Below are positions 47,680 to 57,574 of a stretch of DNA of 64,000 bases, one piece after another. Numbering within the stretch: position 1 is the stretch's first letter; the number at the start of each line of letters is the position of its first letter. The position numbers and the translations under genes are program-made. The notes beneath the pieces were generated by a model, which had not been told where the DNA came from, searched no databases, and saw nothing but the letters and a program-made list of their open reading frames with translations. This stretch comes from Candidatus Parcubacteria bacterium (GTDB lineage: Bacteria > Patescibacteriota > Patescibacteriia > UBA1558 > GWA2-36-10), in NCBI GenBank assembly GCA_018664825.1, contig JABJNO010000024.1, forward strand, positions 7,204 through 71,203, read 5' to 3'.

Positions 47680-48821
47680 TATTGTTTACCTACCAAATTA
47701 TTTAAAGTGCTAGTCGCCCTGTTGAGCGAGGTTGATGACTTGTTCAATGACTTATTCACCACTAATTGCTTGAATATAATCTGAGCTATATCATCTGTTT
47801 GCTTGACTAGGGATTTTGATTCTTTATTTAGGTTGCCGATCATAGTTTTGATGTTATCAGATTCTTGGTGAGTTTTTTCAGTTGACTTGTTTATATCGTT
47901 GATACTTTGAGAAATAATACCAATACCGCCTGCTATTTTGCTCAAAAACTTTATTGTCTGACTAACAACTTTGATGCTCTTATTGGTCTCTTCCCATTCT
48001 GATTGAGATGATTCTTTGACTTGTTCTATCTGTCTCTGCATATCCCCAACCAACGATTGGATGCTAGCAGCTGCTTGCTCACTAGTAGCATTTAGTTCTC
48101 TTATTTGTGAAACAATGCCTGCGAAACTATCTCCTGAAGATGATTGATTGGCCCGAATAGATGCATTGAGACTCAAAAATTTGGCCGTGTCTGCCAATAC
48201 AGCCACTCTTTCGGCAATATTTTTTACTTTTTTGGTATAAGCATCCAGAGCTTGTGATAATTTTTGATTTTCTGTAACAAGATTTTTGACTGACACCAGA
48301 CTATCGAGAGCTAGCTTTGATTTACTTTCACTCTGACTAGCCAATTTATCAATATCACTAGCATGCTTGGCTGAACTTTGAGTCTTGCCAACAATCTGAT
48401 TCAGTGATTTGACCATACCTGCCACTGCAACGCTTCCTGATTTGAGCCCTAGTTGCTGTTGTTTACTACTAGAAATCAAAAATTCGGAAATTTCACTATT
48501 GTTTTCACTAATGTCTGATAAGTTCTCAATAGATTTTGATAAATTTTCTACAACTTTTGATAAATCAAGAACTGCTTCTTGGATAGGTTCTGTTATAAGA
48601 CGTGATAATCTACGCGTAGCGATCAAAGATAGGATAAAAACAAAGGCCAGGGACGCAAAAACGGCTATCAATACTGCCCTCACTACTTCCTGATCTTCCA
48701 ATAAATTGACTTGCGGCGAAAATATATAGATCAAAATAAACAATATAGCTAAAGGTAGTAAAGATACCAAAATAAACCAAGAAATAAACTTGAGATAGAT
48801 TTTTGTTTCTACGACTTTCAC
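47679..48821 (-). CDS. methyl-accepting chemotaxis protein-like transducer (two TM helices with minimal loop plus MCP signalling domain)
   Basis: Highly conserved hairpin-tip region ...QTSLLALNASIEAARAG-like (LSLNASIRANQSS); heptad coiled-coil; no periplasmic sensor domain. Confidence 0.8.
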   Translation of the reverse strand: MKVVETKIYLKFISWFILVSLLPLAILFILIYIFSPQVNLLEDQEVVRAVLIAVFASLAFVFILSLIATRRLSRLITEPIQEAVLDLSKVVENLSKSIENLSDISENNSEISEFLISSSKQQQLGLKSGSVAVAGMVKSLNQIVGKTQSSAKHASDIDKLASQSESKSKLALDSLVSVKNLVTENQKLSQALDAYTKKVKNIAERVAVLADTAKFLSLNASIRANQSSSGDSFAGIVSQIRELNATSEQAAASIQSLVGDMQRQIEQVKESSQSEWEETNKSIKVVSQTIKFLSKIAGGIGIISQSINDINKSTEKTHQESDNIKTMIGNLNKESKSLVKQTDDIAQIIFKQLVVNKSLNKSSTSLNRATSTLNNLVGKQ

Positions 48822-49037
48822 TTATGTGTATTTTTTATTTTTTTATTTTTGTTTTTCCAGAAATCTGGACTAAATTATTTGTAAATTATAACATATTTCG
48901 GGGTTTAGAACAAAGGAAATTTTGCACTTTTTTTTCTCTTTTAGCATTTTTTTTACAAAACTACCCAAAAAGATACTCAAAACATTTAGTAGTAAAAAAT
49001 TAGTCTATTTTTTTAGCTAAGGTTAGATAAAAAAACT

Positions 49038-49066
49038 TTGACAAATTCCTGCTTTTTTACTATAAT
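49038..49066 (+). promoter_or_regulatory. sigma-70 promoter TTGACA-17-TATAAT for the polysaccharide operon
   Basis: Perfect consensus hexamers 25 nt upstream of the 49091 ATG. Confidence 0.55.
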
Positions 49067-49090
49067 TAAAAAACTAATAAACTATATTTA

Positions 49091-50458
49091 TTGATGAAAA
49101 AAGTAATTTTACTCATCGGAGACATCGTCTTGCTTTATGCAAGTTTGGCCATAACGGTTTGGTTGCGTTATGGTTATTTGGATGGCCAAATTTTTGTTCG
49201 TCACCTTATCCCCTTTTCAATTGTTTTTATTATTTGGTTGATGATATTTTTTATCAATGGTCTTTATGAAATGAAAAAGGTTCGTAATGATTTTAAATTT
49301 TACGGACAGCTTGTCCAAAACCTAGCTATCAACGCTCTCCTTGGATTTGCCCTCTTCTACTCTATCCTCGGACAATTCACTACTCTGCGTCCTCAAAAGG
49401 TTTTAATTGTCTTGTTGATAATCTTTGCTATTTTATTTTTGTTGTGGAGAAAGATATTTTACAAAATAGTTTCTAGTGCTACCTTGGGAACCAATCTAGC
49501 AATCATCGGAATCAACGAAGAGTCTCTTATCTTGGCGCAAGAAATAATGACCAAACCTCAACTAGGTTATAAACTAAAATTATTTATCAACCCAGACCAA
49601 GCTCGGCTACCGGACAAATTTTTGGTAGTACCAATGGCACGAGATATCTCAGAACTAAAAAATAATCTACTAAAACACAAAATAAGCACCGTTGTTGTAT
49701 TGAACAACCCAAAATACGGACCAGAGGTTGCCAAGCATCTTTTTGAAAGTATTGACCTCAAGGTCCAGTATTTTAACTTGGTAAGTTTTTATGAAAAAGT
49801 TTTGGGTAAGATGCCACTAAATTCACTAGAAAGAAGCTGGTTTTTGGAAAATTTTAATAATAAAAACTTTAAATGGAACAAAATTGTTAAAAAAACCATA
49901 GATTTGCTATTTGCTGGTCTATTTAGTCTTGTTTCCCTTGTTTTGTTACCTTTTATAGCCCTATCTATAAAACTAGAGTCAAAAGGACCTCTTATATATA
50001 GCCAAGAAAGAGTTGGTCTAAATGGAAAAATATTTACTGTTTACAAGTTTCGTTCTATGGTAAAAAATGCCGAAACCAATGGCGCTCAATGGGCAAAAGA
50101 AAATGACGCTCGTGTCACTAGAGTTGGTAAATTTATCCGTAAAACAAGAATCGATGAAATTCCCCAATTTTGGAATATCCTAAAAGGCGATATGAGTTTT
50201 GTTGGTCCTCGCCCAGAAAGACCAGAGTTTGTATCTGAACTAAAAGAAAAAATTACTTTTTATGACGAACGACACTTGGTCAAACCAGGGCTGAGTGGTT
50301 GGGCTCAAATCAACTTCCCCTATGGTGCGAGTGTGGAAGATGCCAAAGAAAAATTAAGCTACGATTTGTTTTATATAAAAAATCAATCAGTGGCTCTTGA
50401 TATATCTACAATTCTAAAAACTTTCAATACTGTCTTTAATAAAAGCCTAGGAAGATAA
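49091..50458 (+). CDS. polyprenyl-phosphate sugar phosphotransferase (WbaP/EpsL 'bacterial sugar transferase' family), priming enzyme
   Basis: N-terminal TMs; C-terminal KRxIDxxxAxxxL..GP..YSQERVG.NGK.F..YKFRSM..PGLSGWAQI. Confidence 0.85.
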   Translation: MMKKVILLIGDIVLLYASLAITVWLRYGYLDGQIFVRHLIPFSIVFIIWLMIFFINGLYEMKKVRNDFKFYGQLVQNLAINALLGFALFYSILGQFTTLRPQKVLIVLLIIFAILFLLWRKIFYKIVSSATLGTNLAIIGINEESLILAQEIMTKPQLGYKLKLFINPDQARLPDKFLVVPMARDISELKNNLLKHKISTVVVLNNPKYGPEVAKHLFESIDLKVQYFNLVSFYEKVLGKMPLNSLERSWFLENFNNKNFKWNKIVKKTIDLLFAGLFSLVSLVLLPFIALSIKLESKGPLIYSQERVGLNGKIFTVYKFRSMVKNAETNGAQWAKENDARVTRVGKFIRKTRIDEIPQFWNILKGDMSFVGPRPERPEFVSELKEKITFYDERHLVKPGLSGWAQINFPYGASVEDAKEKLSYDLFYIKNQSVALDISTILKTFNTVFNKSLGR

Positions 50459-50463
50459 AGTCT

Positions 50464-51432
50464 ATGGACAGATTGAAAAACAAAACAATTTTGGTTACCG
50501 GTAGCGCCGGTTTTATTGGTTTCAATGTATCCAAAAAATTATTAGCCGAAGGCATCAAGGTTGTTGGTATCGACAACTTCAATGATTATTATTCTGTTGA
50601 GCTAAAAGAAGCTCGCAATAAACTCCTAGAAAAATTTGATAACTACAAGTTGTATAGAGGCAACTTGGAAAATATAGATTTTATTGAAAAAGTATTTGAA
50701 CAAGAAAAAATAGATCGGATATGCCACCTAGCAGCTCAAGCTGGTGTCAGATACAGCCTAGAACATCCTGACGTCTACATACAAACAAATATTGTTGCTA
50801 CTCACAATTTACTGAAACTTGCCAAAGATCATAAGGTGAGCGACTTTGTATTTGCATCTAGCTCTTCTGTCTATGGTACAATTGATGTGTTCCCTTCTAA
50901 AGAAGATTTTAATCTACAAACTCCCCTGTCTCTATATGCGGCCACAAAACAATCCGGAGAGTTGATGGCCCATGCCTACAATCATCTTTATGGCCTAAGG
51001 ATAAGATGTCTGAGATTTTTCAATGTTTATGGCCCCTGGGGAAGACCTGATTCGGCCTTATATATCTTTACTGATTTGATAAGCAAAAATAAAACAATAG
51101 ATGTTTTTGGTGATAGCGCCAAAGATTATACTTATATAGATGATATAGTAGATGGCGTAGTCAATTCTATTGCCGTAGATTTAGATTATGAGATAATAAA
51201 CCTAGGCAACGATAGACCAATAGAGCTATCACGCTACATCGAACTAATAGAAAAAGAGTTGGGTAAAAAAGCAACTAAAAATAAACTGCCTCCAGCTGTT
51301 GGTGATGTACAAAAATCGTGCGCCGATATAAGCAAGGCCAAAAAACTTTTGGGCTATAATCCAAAAACACCCGTAGAGCAAGGAATCAAAAAATTTGTTG
51401 CCTGGTATAAAGAATATTATAAAATAAAATAA
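50464..51432 (+). CDS. NAD-dependent sugar-nucleotide epimerase (WbpP/TviC-like UDP-GlcNAcA/UDP-glucuronate 4-epimerase)
   Basis: GSAGFIGFNV Rossmann; YAATKQSGE catalytic YxxxK. Confidence 0.8.
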   Translation: MDRLKNKTILVTGSAGFIGFNVSKKLLAEGIKVVGIDNFNDYYSVELKEARNKLLEKFDNYKLYRGNLENIDFIEKVFEQEKIDRICHLAAQAGVRYSLEHPDVYIQTNIVATHNLLKLAKDHKVSDFVFASSSSVYGTIDVFPSKEDFNLQTPLSLYAATKQSGELMAHAYNHLYGLRIRCLRFFNVYGPWGRPDSALYIFTDLISKNKTIDVFGDSAKDYTYIDDIVDGVVNSIAVDLDYEIINLGNDRPIELSRYIELIEKELGKKATKNKLPPAVGDVQKSCADISKAKKLLGYNPKTPVEQGIKKFVAWYKEYYKIK

Positions 51433-52631
51433 TGAAATCTAAAAAAACAAAAATCTGTATTGTAGGATTGGGCTATGTAGGTCTCCCTCTGGCGGTTGCT
51501 TTTGGTAAACAAGAAAAAATAAACGGCTTTGATATAAATAAAAAAAGAATTGAAGAGCTCAAAAAAAATATTGATTCTAGCAAAGAAACAAGCTCTAAGG
51601 ACATCCAAAGAGCAAAAATAACTTTTTCTTTTGATCCAAAAATTATTAGTCAGTCAAATTTTATCATAATCGCCGTACCCACTCCTATAGACAAGTACAA
51701 AAACCCTGATTTACGTCCACTACTCAGTGCATCAAAGCTAGTCGGCCAAAATCTAAAAAAAGGTAGTGTAGTAGTCTATGAATCAACTGTTTATCCTGGT
51801 TGTACCGAAAATGACTGTGTCCCTGTACTAGAAAAATATTCTAAATTAAAGTTTGGTGAAGATTTTCAAATTGGTTATTCACCCGAGAGGATAAATCCAG
51901 GAGACAAAGTATATACCATAGATAAAATTGTAAAAGTAGTTTCTGGTAGTGACAAAAAAACTTTGGAGCTAGTCGCTAAAACATATTCAAAAATAATAAA
52001 AGCTGGTGTGCATAAAGCATCAAGTATACAAGTAGCCGAAGCTTCTAAAATCATCGAAAACACCCAAAGAGATGTAAATATTGCTTTGATGAATGAATTT
52101 AAAATGATTTTTGACAAAGCAAACGTCAATTGGGAAGACACCCTGAAGGCTGCTGGTACCAAATGGAACTTTCTAAAATTTACCCCCGGACTTGTCGGTG
52201 GTCATTGTATCAGCGTAGATCCCTACTATCTTACCCAAAAAGCAAAATCCCTACACCACAATCCCAAGATGATCTTGGCTGGTAGAGATATCAATGATAA
52301 TATGGCAAAATATGAAGCCAAGCGCATGATAAGGTATATCCGTAAAAACAAAATCAAAGCCAAAAAAATATTGATTTTAGGAGCTACTTTCAAACCAGAT
52401 GTTTCTGATACTAGAAATTCAAAAATCGAAGATTTTGCAAATGAAATCAAAAAAAAGAACTACCAAGTAGCTATCTTTGATCCTTTTATAAAATCTACTA
52501 GGATATTTGGCTGCCAAAACATAAAAAAATCCGAAATCAAAAAATATGATTTTGTAGTCAAGGCTGTAAATCATAAATTGTTTAAAGATTTGACACCTAA
52601 TTACGAAATATTAAAATATATAGATGTTTAG
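51432..52631 (+). CDS. nucleotide-sugar dehydrogenase (UDP-glucose/GDP-mannose dehydrogenase family; WbpO/TviB/WecC-like)
   Basis: KICIVGLGYVGLPLAVAF; catalytic Cys region GGHCIS. Confidence 0.85.
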   Translation: MKSKKTKICIVGLGYVGLPLAVAFGKQEKINGFDINKKRIEELKKNIDSSKETSSKDIQRAKITFSFDPKIISQSNFIIIAVPTPIDKYKNPDLRPLLSASKLVGQNLKKGSVVVYESTVYPGCTENDCVPVLEKYSKLKFGEDFQIGYSPERINPGDKVYTIDKIVKVVSGSDKKTLELVAKTYSKIIKAGVHKASSIQVAEASKIIENTQRDVNIALMNEFKMIFDKANVNWEDTLKAAGTKWNFLKFTPGLVGGHCISVDPYYLTQKAKSLHHNPKMILAGRDINDNMAKYEAKRMIRYIRKNKIKAKKILILGATFKPDVSDTRNSKIEDFANEIKKKNYQVAIFDPFIKSTRIFGCQNIKKSEIKKYDFVVKAVNHKLFKDLTPNYEILKYIDV

Positions 52632-53901
52632 AAGTTTGCAACAAAAAATATACAAGCTACTAAAACGTAGTGAAAAATATACAAAAACTGACATGGTCTA
52701 TCTAGCCAAGGGTGGTTTTTGGCTTACTTTATATCAAGGATTTTCTATACTGACGGGTTTCTTGTTGGCTATTGCCTTTGCAAATCTTTTGCCAAAAGAA
52801 ACTTATGGTACTTACAAATATATATTGTCTATTGCTAGCCTCCTATCTATACCTACACTATCTGGTATAAATACTGCCATCACTCAAGCGGTGGCCCGGG
52901 GTTTTGAACAGTCTTTTTATCCAGCTCTAAAGACAAAAATAAAATGGGGACTCCTTGGTGGAGTAGCTAGTTTATTTTTGGCTTTATACTACTACACCAA
53001 TGACAATAATACTTTGACGATTAGCTTTTTGATTGTTGCCCTATTTACACCTTTCATGGATCCTTTGTCATTGTACACATCTTATCTCAGTGGCAAAAAA
53101 GAATTCCGTATTCTCAGCAAGTACAATATCATCACCAGAGTATTTGATGCTATTGTGTTGGGTGTAGTAATTTATTTTACAAGCAACCTCTTTCTTTTGG
53201 TGGCCGCCTATTTTATTGCAAACACCACAATTCGTTTTATATTCTTTAAACTAACTACCAAAAACTTCCCTATTCATCACAAATATGACCCTAGTACACT
53301 GAGCTACGGAAAACACCTTAGCCTAATGAATATAATCACTACAATAGCTGGGCAATTGGATAAAGTTTTGGTTTTTCATTATTTGGGCGCTGTAGATCTG
53401 GCTATATTTTCTTTTGCCATCATCATGCCCGAACATATCAAGGGTATATTCAAAAATATAAACGCCCTGGCTTTTCCAAAATTTTCAGAAAATCACACTA
53501 CTGCTGAAATCAAAAAAACCATTTTCAAAAAAATGGGCAAACTACTTATCTTGGCTACTGCTATAACAATAGTATATGTAGTGGCGTCTCCTTATATTTT
53601 TAGATGGCTATTTCCAGAATATATAGAATCAATTTTTTATTCTCAAATATTTGCGATATCTATAATATTGTTACCTATCACAGGTCTAATGCTTACAGCC
53701 TTGCAGGCCCAAAAAGCTCAAAAGGAGCTATATCAATTCAATATATACTCCTCTATCACTCAAATAGTAATTCTATTTTTCTTTATTTATTTTTATGGTT
53801 TGATGGGTATGATAGTAGCTCGTATTGTCATCCGATTTATCAGTGGTGCTATATCTATAGCCCTACTAAATAAAGCAGCCGCTAAATCTACAAGTGCTTA
53901 A
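52624..53901 (+). CDS. oligosaccharide flippase (Wzx / MOP superfamily), 12 TM
   Basis: 425 aa, evenly spaced hydrophobic helices. Confidence 0.7.
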   Translation: MFRSLQQKIYKLLKRSEKYTKTDMVYLAKGGFWLTLYQGFSILTGFLLAIAFANLLPKETYGTYKYILSIASLLSIPTLSGINTAITQAVARGFEQSFYPALKTKIKWGLLGGVASLFLALYYYTNDNNTLTISFLIVALFTPFMDPLSLYTSYLSGKKEFRILSKYNIITRVFDAIVLGVVIYFTSNLFLLVAAYFIANTTIRFIFFKLTTKNFPIHHKYDPSTLSYGKHLSLMNIITTIAGQLDKVLVFHYLGAVDLAIFSFAIIMPEHIKGIFKNINALAFPKFSENHTTAEIKKTIFKKMGKLLILATAITIVYVVASPYIFRWLFPEYIESIFYSQIFAISIILLPITGLMLTALQAQKAQKELYQFNIYSSITQIVILFFFIYFYGLMGMIVARIVIRFISGAISIALLNKAAAKSTSA

Positions 53902-54973
53902 ATATCCTTTCGGCAACCTTGTCGTCCCACAATGGAATATGTCCTGATTCAAAATCATCTCTTTGGAGATGTTTTATTACATCTTTATTTTCCAAATAAT
54001 CATCAATAGAAAACAATTTGTTGGAACCCTTCTCCAAAGTAATGGGTCTTTCAGTATTATCTCTCAAGGTAGCACAAGATATACCAAGGTGCGTAGTCTC
54101 TTCTTGGATACCCCCAGAGTCTGTAATCACTCCCTGACTTTCTGACATTAGCTTCATAAAATCAAAATACCCCAACGGCTCTACAATATTTAAATTATCC
54201 AATAAAAAACCTAATTTTAAATCTTCTATTTTATGTTTGGTGCCTGGATGAATTGGTAAAACAACCGGAATGTCACCATTTACTTCATTTAGCAACATCA
54301 ATATCTTTTTGAACAACATAGGATTGTCTGTATTTTCTTGACGATGAATTGTAGCTACAACATATTTTTTTGATTGTAAATTCAAAGTTTTTAAAATATC
54401 AGATTTATTGAATTGATCTCTAAATATCTCAATACTATTTATCATTATATTTCCAACATAATGTATTTTGTTTTTTGGAACACCCTCTCTTTCTAAATTC
54501 TCATTGGCTGATGGCTCGGTAGTAAAGAGGGATTCTGAAAGATGATCAACTATAGCTCTGTTTATTTCTTCGGGCATACGACGGTCATGACTTCGTAGGC
54601 CGGCTTCTATATGAATCAATTTTTGACCGCTCTTCATAGAAGCTACCGCTCCTGCTAGAGTTGAGTTTACATCTCCAAACACAATTACTCCTTCATAATC
54701 TCCCTTGGACAAAATTTCTGTCAAAGCTGTGAACATTTTACCGATTTTTTCAGTATGAAATTTGCCCTGAATATCAAGATTGAAATCTGGTTTTGGTATA
54801 GCCATCTCTTCAAAAAATATTTTTGACATATTTTGATCGAAATGTTGACCAGTATGTATAATCGTAAATTCAAATTCTGGATGTTTTTTGGCTTCCTTAA
54901 AAAATGGAGCCGCTTTTACAAAGTTTGGTCTAGCTCCCATAATAACTACAAATTTTCTTTTCTTGTTTTCCAT
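53888..54973 (-). CDS. wecB: UDP-N-acetylglucosamine 2-epimerase (non-hydrolysing)
   Basis: GARPNFVKAAP, HTGQH, HIEAGLRS; start taken at MENKKRKF to avoid overlap with the upstream gene. Confidence 0.9.
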   Translation of the reverse strand: MENKKRKFVVIMGARPNFVKAAPFFKEAKKHPEFEFTIIHTGQHFDQNMSKIFFEEMAIPKPDFNLDIQGKFHTEKIGKMFTALTEILSKGDYEGVIVFGDVNSTLAGAVASMKSGQKLIHIEAGLRSHDRRMPEEINRAIVDHLSESLFTTEPSANENLEREGVPKNKIHYVGNIMINSIEIFRDQFNKSDILKTLNLQSKKYVVATIHRQENTDNPMLFKKILMLLNEVNGDIPVVLPIHPGTKHKIEDLKLGFLLDNLNIVEPLGYFDFMKLMSESQGVITDSGGIQEETTHLGISCATLRDNTERPITLEKGSNKLFSIDDYLENKDVIKHLQRDDFESGHIPLWDDKVAERIFKHL

Positions 54974-54977
54974 AATT

Positions 54978-55790
54978 TTATGATTCCATAATTTTTTTAA
55001 CACGCTCCTTGCCCCAGCCAGATTCTTCAAATTGATCCTGACTCAAAGTCAATAGTATTGTAGCTCTAGCCGGTGAAGTCAATCTATCACCCAATAAAAA
55101 TTCTTCTACTTTATCCAAGGGAATGGTTTCAAATTGACCCTCCTCTGTTGTTGGCGCTTTATCCTCTACCTCTCCATACATCGCTACATTGTACAAAGAA
55201 TAATGTGCATCAAAAATACGTTCCAAGCCCATACTAACTATATTTGCAGGTTGTAATCCCAGTTTTTTATCAAAACGATTTTTGATAGTAGCAAATGGAT
55301 CAGCATCTTCAAAATCAGGATTCAATACTCCTCCAGGTGCATCTACCATACTAGCCTGCTCTTGAGAATCACTTGGCCTTACACTCATATAAAAACATTT
55401 TCTAGTTTTATCATAGACTATTCCGCAGGTAGACAAGGCCGCATAACGCTCTTCCATTTTTTCTGGTTGCTCTTGTCTCAATTCATGTGCAGCAAAATAA
55501 ATATGATAATGCAATTTTTCCGCCGTCAAATCAAGACTATCTCCCTCTGTTGATTTGACACCCATATTGCCCAATAAAATACCATTGAATGCTCCTGGAG
55601 ATTCTACCTTAAAATCTCTGGCCTTGGCAATAACACCTTTTAGCTCTGGATGTTCTTTGAAGGCATCTTTGATTGCCAAATCTCTTTCTGGAAAATCAAT
55701 ATCTACGGACTGAAATGTCTTTCCAAGTGGCGTTTCAAAACCAATTCCCTCTGGCTTGGTTATTTTTTCTTGTGGATCTTCAAAACCCAT
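54978..55790 (-). CDS. hypothetical protein (270 aa) within the polysaccharide locus
   Basis: Complete ORF, no recognisable motif. Confidence 0.4.
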   Translation of the reverse strand: MGFEDPQEKITKPEGIGFETPLGKTFQSVDIDFPERDLAIKDAFKEHPELKGVIAKARDFKVESPGAFNGILLGNMGVKSTEGDSLDLTAEKLHYHIYFAAHELRQEQPEKMEERYAALSTCGIVYDKTRKCFYMSVRPSDSQEQASMVDAPGGVLNPDFEDADPFATIKNRFDKKLGLQPANIVSMGLERIFDAHYSLYNVAMYGEVEDKAPTTEEGQFETIPLDKVEEFLLGDRLTSPARATILLTLSQDQFEESGWGKERVKKIMES

Positions 55791-56744
55791 TTATTTGATT
55801 TTATAATATTCTTTCATCCAATCAATGGTAGTTTTTACACCATCTTCTAGTTTTACGGTCAATTTGTGACCTAGATCTTTGACTGCCTTGGAAGTATCTA
55901 CTTTCTTTGATTTGGTAGTCAAAACTTCTGATTCTTTGAATTCAATCAATTTTTTATCAGCTCCTGTGTATTTCCAAATTGTCTCTGCCAAAGTTTCGAT
56001 ATCATGATACTCCAGACCACCGACATTATAAATCTCGCCTGCTTTGAAGTTGTCGATAATGTTTGATAAGGTTCGGCAAGTATCTTCTAGATATGTAGAA
56101 GTACGGAAATGTCCTTTGTAGACAACTATCGGCATACCATGCAAGGCGTGATAACAAAATTTACAGTTTACACTACGATATGGATGATACCATTCACCTG
56201 GTCCATAAGTATTGAAAAGCCTGACAATCACGGTCTCGGTACCGTATTGAATAGCTGAGTTTCTAATTTGAGTTTCGTTTACCCATTTTGATAGTGCATA
56301 GTCATTCATCTGCCTGATGACAACTTTGTCCATTGTATCTTCTTTCATTACATCATCATAGTCTCCATAAACTTCAGAAGATGAAAAATGAATCAATTTA
56401 AATTTGTACTTTTCTTGAAGACGAATTACATTTTTTGTTCCAATAGCATTTGAACGCCAAACATTTTCATAATAATCTTCACCATTCCATCTGCCAAATT
56501 CAGCTGCAGTATTGTAAACAACATCAAAAGGACCAGCTTCCTCAAAAATACGAGATAACTGACGGAAATTTGATATATCACAACGAGCATAAAAAAAGTC
56601 TCCTTTTGACATAGTATGTTGCCAACCACGCTCGCCTACGGCATGAAAAAGATCAATACCAAATACTTCATGTCCTTTGGCCTTTAACATTTTTTCTAGC
56701 CAAGAACCTACAACGCCTTTGCTTCCTGTAATCAAAATTTTCAT
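55791..56744 (-). CDS. SDR-family NAD-dependent epimerase/dehydratase
   Basis: ILITGSKGVVGSWL; YALSK catalytic dyad. Confidence 0.8.
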   Translation of the reverse strand: MKILITGSKGVVGSWLEKMLKAKGHEVFGIDLFHAVGERGWQHTMSKGDFFYARCDISNFRQLSRIFEEAGPFDVVYNTAAEFGRWNGEDYYENVWRSNAIGTKNVIRLQEKYKFKLIHFSSSEVYGDYDDVMKEDTMDKVVIRQMNDYALSKWVNETQIRNSAIQYGTETVIVRLFNTYGPGEWYHPYRSVNCKFCYHALHGMPIVVYKGHFRTSTYLEDTCRTLSNIIDNFKAGEIYNVGGLEYHDIETLAETIWKYTGADKKLIEFKESEVLTTKSKKVDTSKAVKDLGHKLTVKLEDGVKTTIDWMKEYYKIK

Positions 56745-56758
56745 AATATTATTTTATA

Positions 56759-57571
56759 TTATTTTTTAATTGCCTTTATAATCAATTGCCTACCAAAAAA
56801 TAAATTTATATTAGTAAGAAATTTTTCTAGGCCTATGATGGCCTTTTGGATTATTTTTATATGTAATAAAACTTTTAATAAAAACTCAAACCAACGTGGC
56901 CCATCAATAAAAGAAGCTGATTTTATAACTTTAACTTCATAGTCATTTTTCTCGAGCCATTGACTCAAAGACTTTTTACTAAATTCTCTAACATGAGCAT
57001 CTCCGTGTTTGACCAACTCTTCTTTGGAAAAAACATCAATCGGCGTAAATTTGCGTACCTTGATTAGTCTCAAAAATCTTCCCCACAGCGTTGCATCTGC
57101 ATTCATGTTTGGTACTGTGATTAGTAGTGTACCACCTGTTTTTAGCACCCTACCCAGCTCACCCAGAGCTATATCTTTGTCAAAAACATGTTCCAATACT
57201 TCACCGCAGATTATTTTATCAAAGAAACTATCTTCAAATGGCATTTCTTCTATATCACTTTGAGAGAAAAATAAATTTTCAACATTATTTTCTTGTTTAT
57301 GTTTGTCAGCCATATCTACAAAGCTTTGTGCAATATCAGTTCCATAACCAGCCTTGATTGATTTTGATAAAGCAAAGAGCTGTTTACCAGCTGCGCAACC
57401 ACAGTCCAAGAGAACATCTTCTTTTTGGGGATCAATAAATTTTATTATCAATAATTCTCTCAAATAATTGGTCAGGCCTATTCGGTAAGTTGGCTCAAAT
57501 TTGTATCCCAAATATGATTTCTTGCCCTTACCAAAATCCTGCCACATTTTTTCATAAGTCTGATTGGACAT
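56759..57571 (-). CDS. class I SAM-dependent methyltransferase
   Basis: LLDCGCAAGKQL motif I; acidic motif II GTDI. Confidence 0.75.
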   Translation of the reverse strand: MSNQTYEKMWQDFGKGKKSYLGYKFEPTYRIGLTNYLRELLIIKFIDPQKEDVLLDCGCAAGKQLFALSKSIKAGYGTDIAQSFVDMADKHKQENNVENLFFSQSDIEEMPFEDSFFDKIICGEVLEHVFDKDIALGELGRVLKTGGTLLITVPNMNADATLWGRFLRLIKVRKFTPIDVFSKEELVKHGDAHVREFSKKSLSQWLEKNDYEVKVIKSASFIDGPRWFEFLLKVLLHIKIIQKAIIGLEKFLTNINLFFGRQLIIKAIKK

Positions 57572-57574
57572 ATA

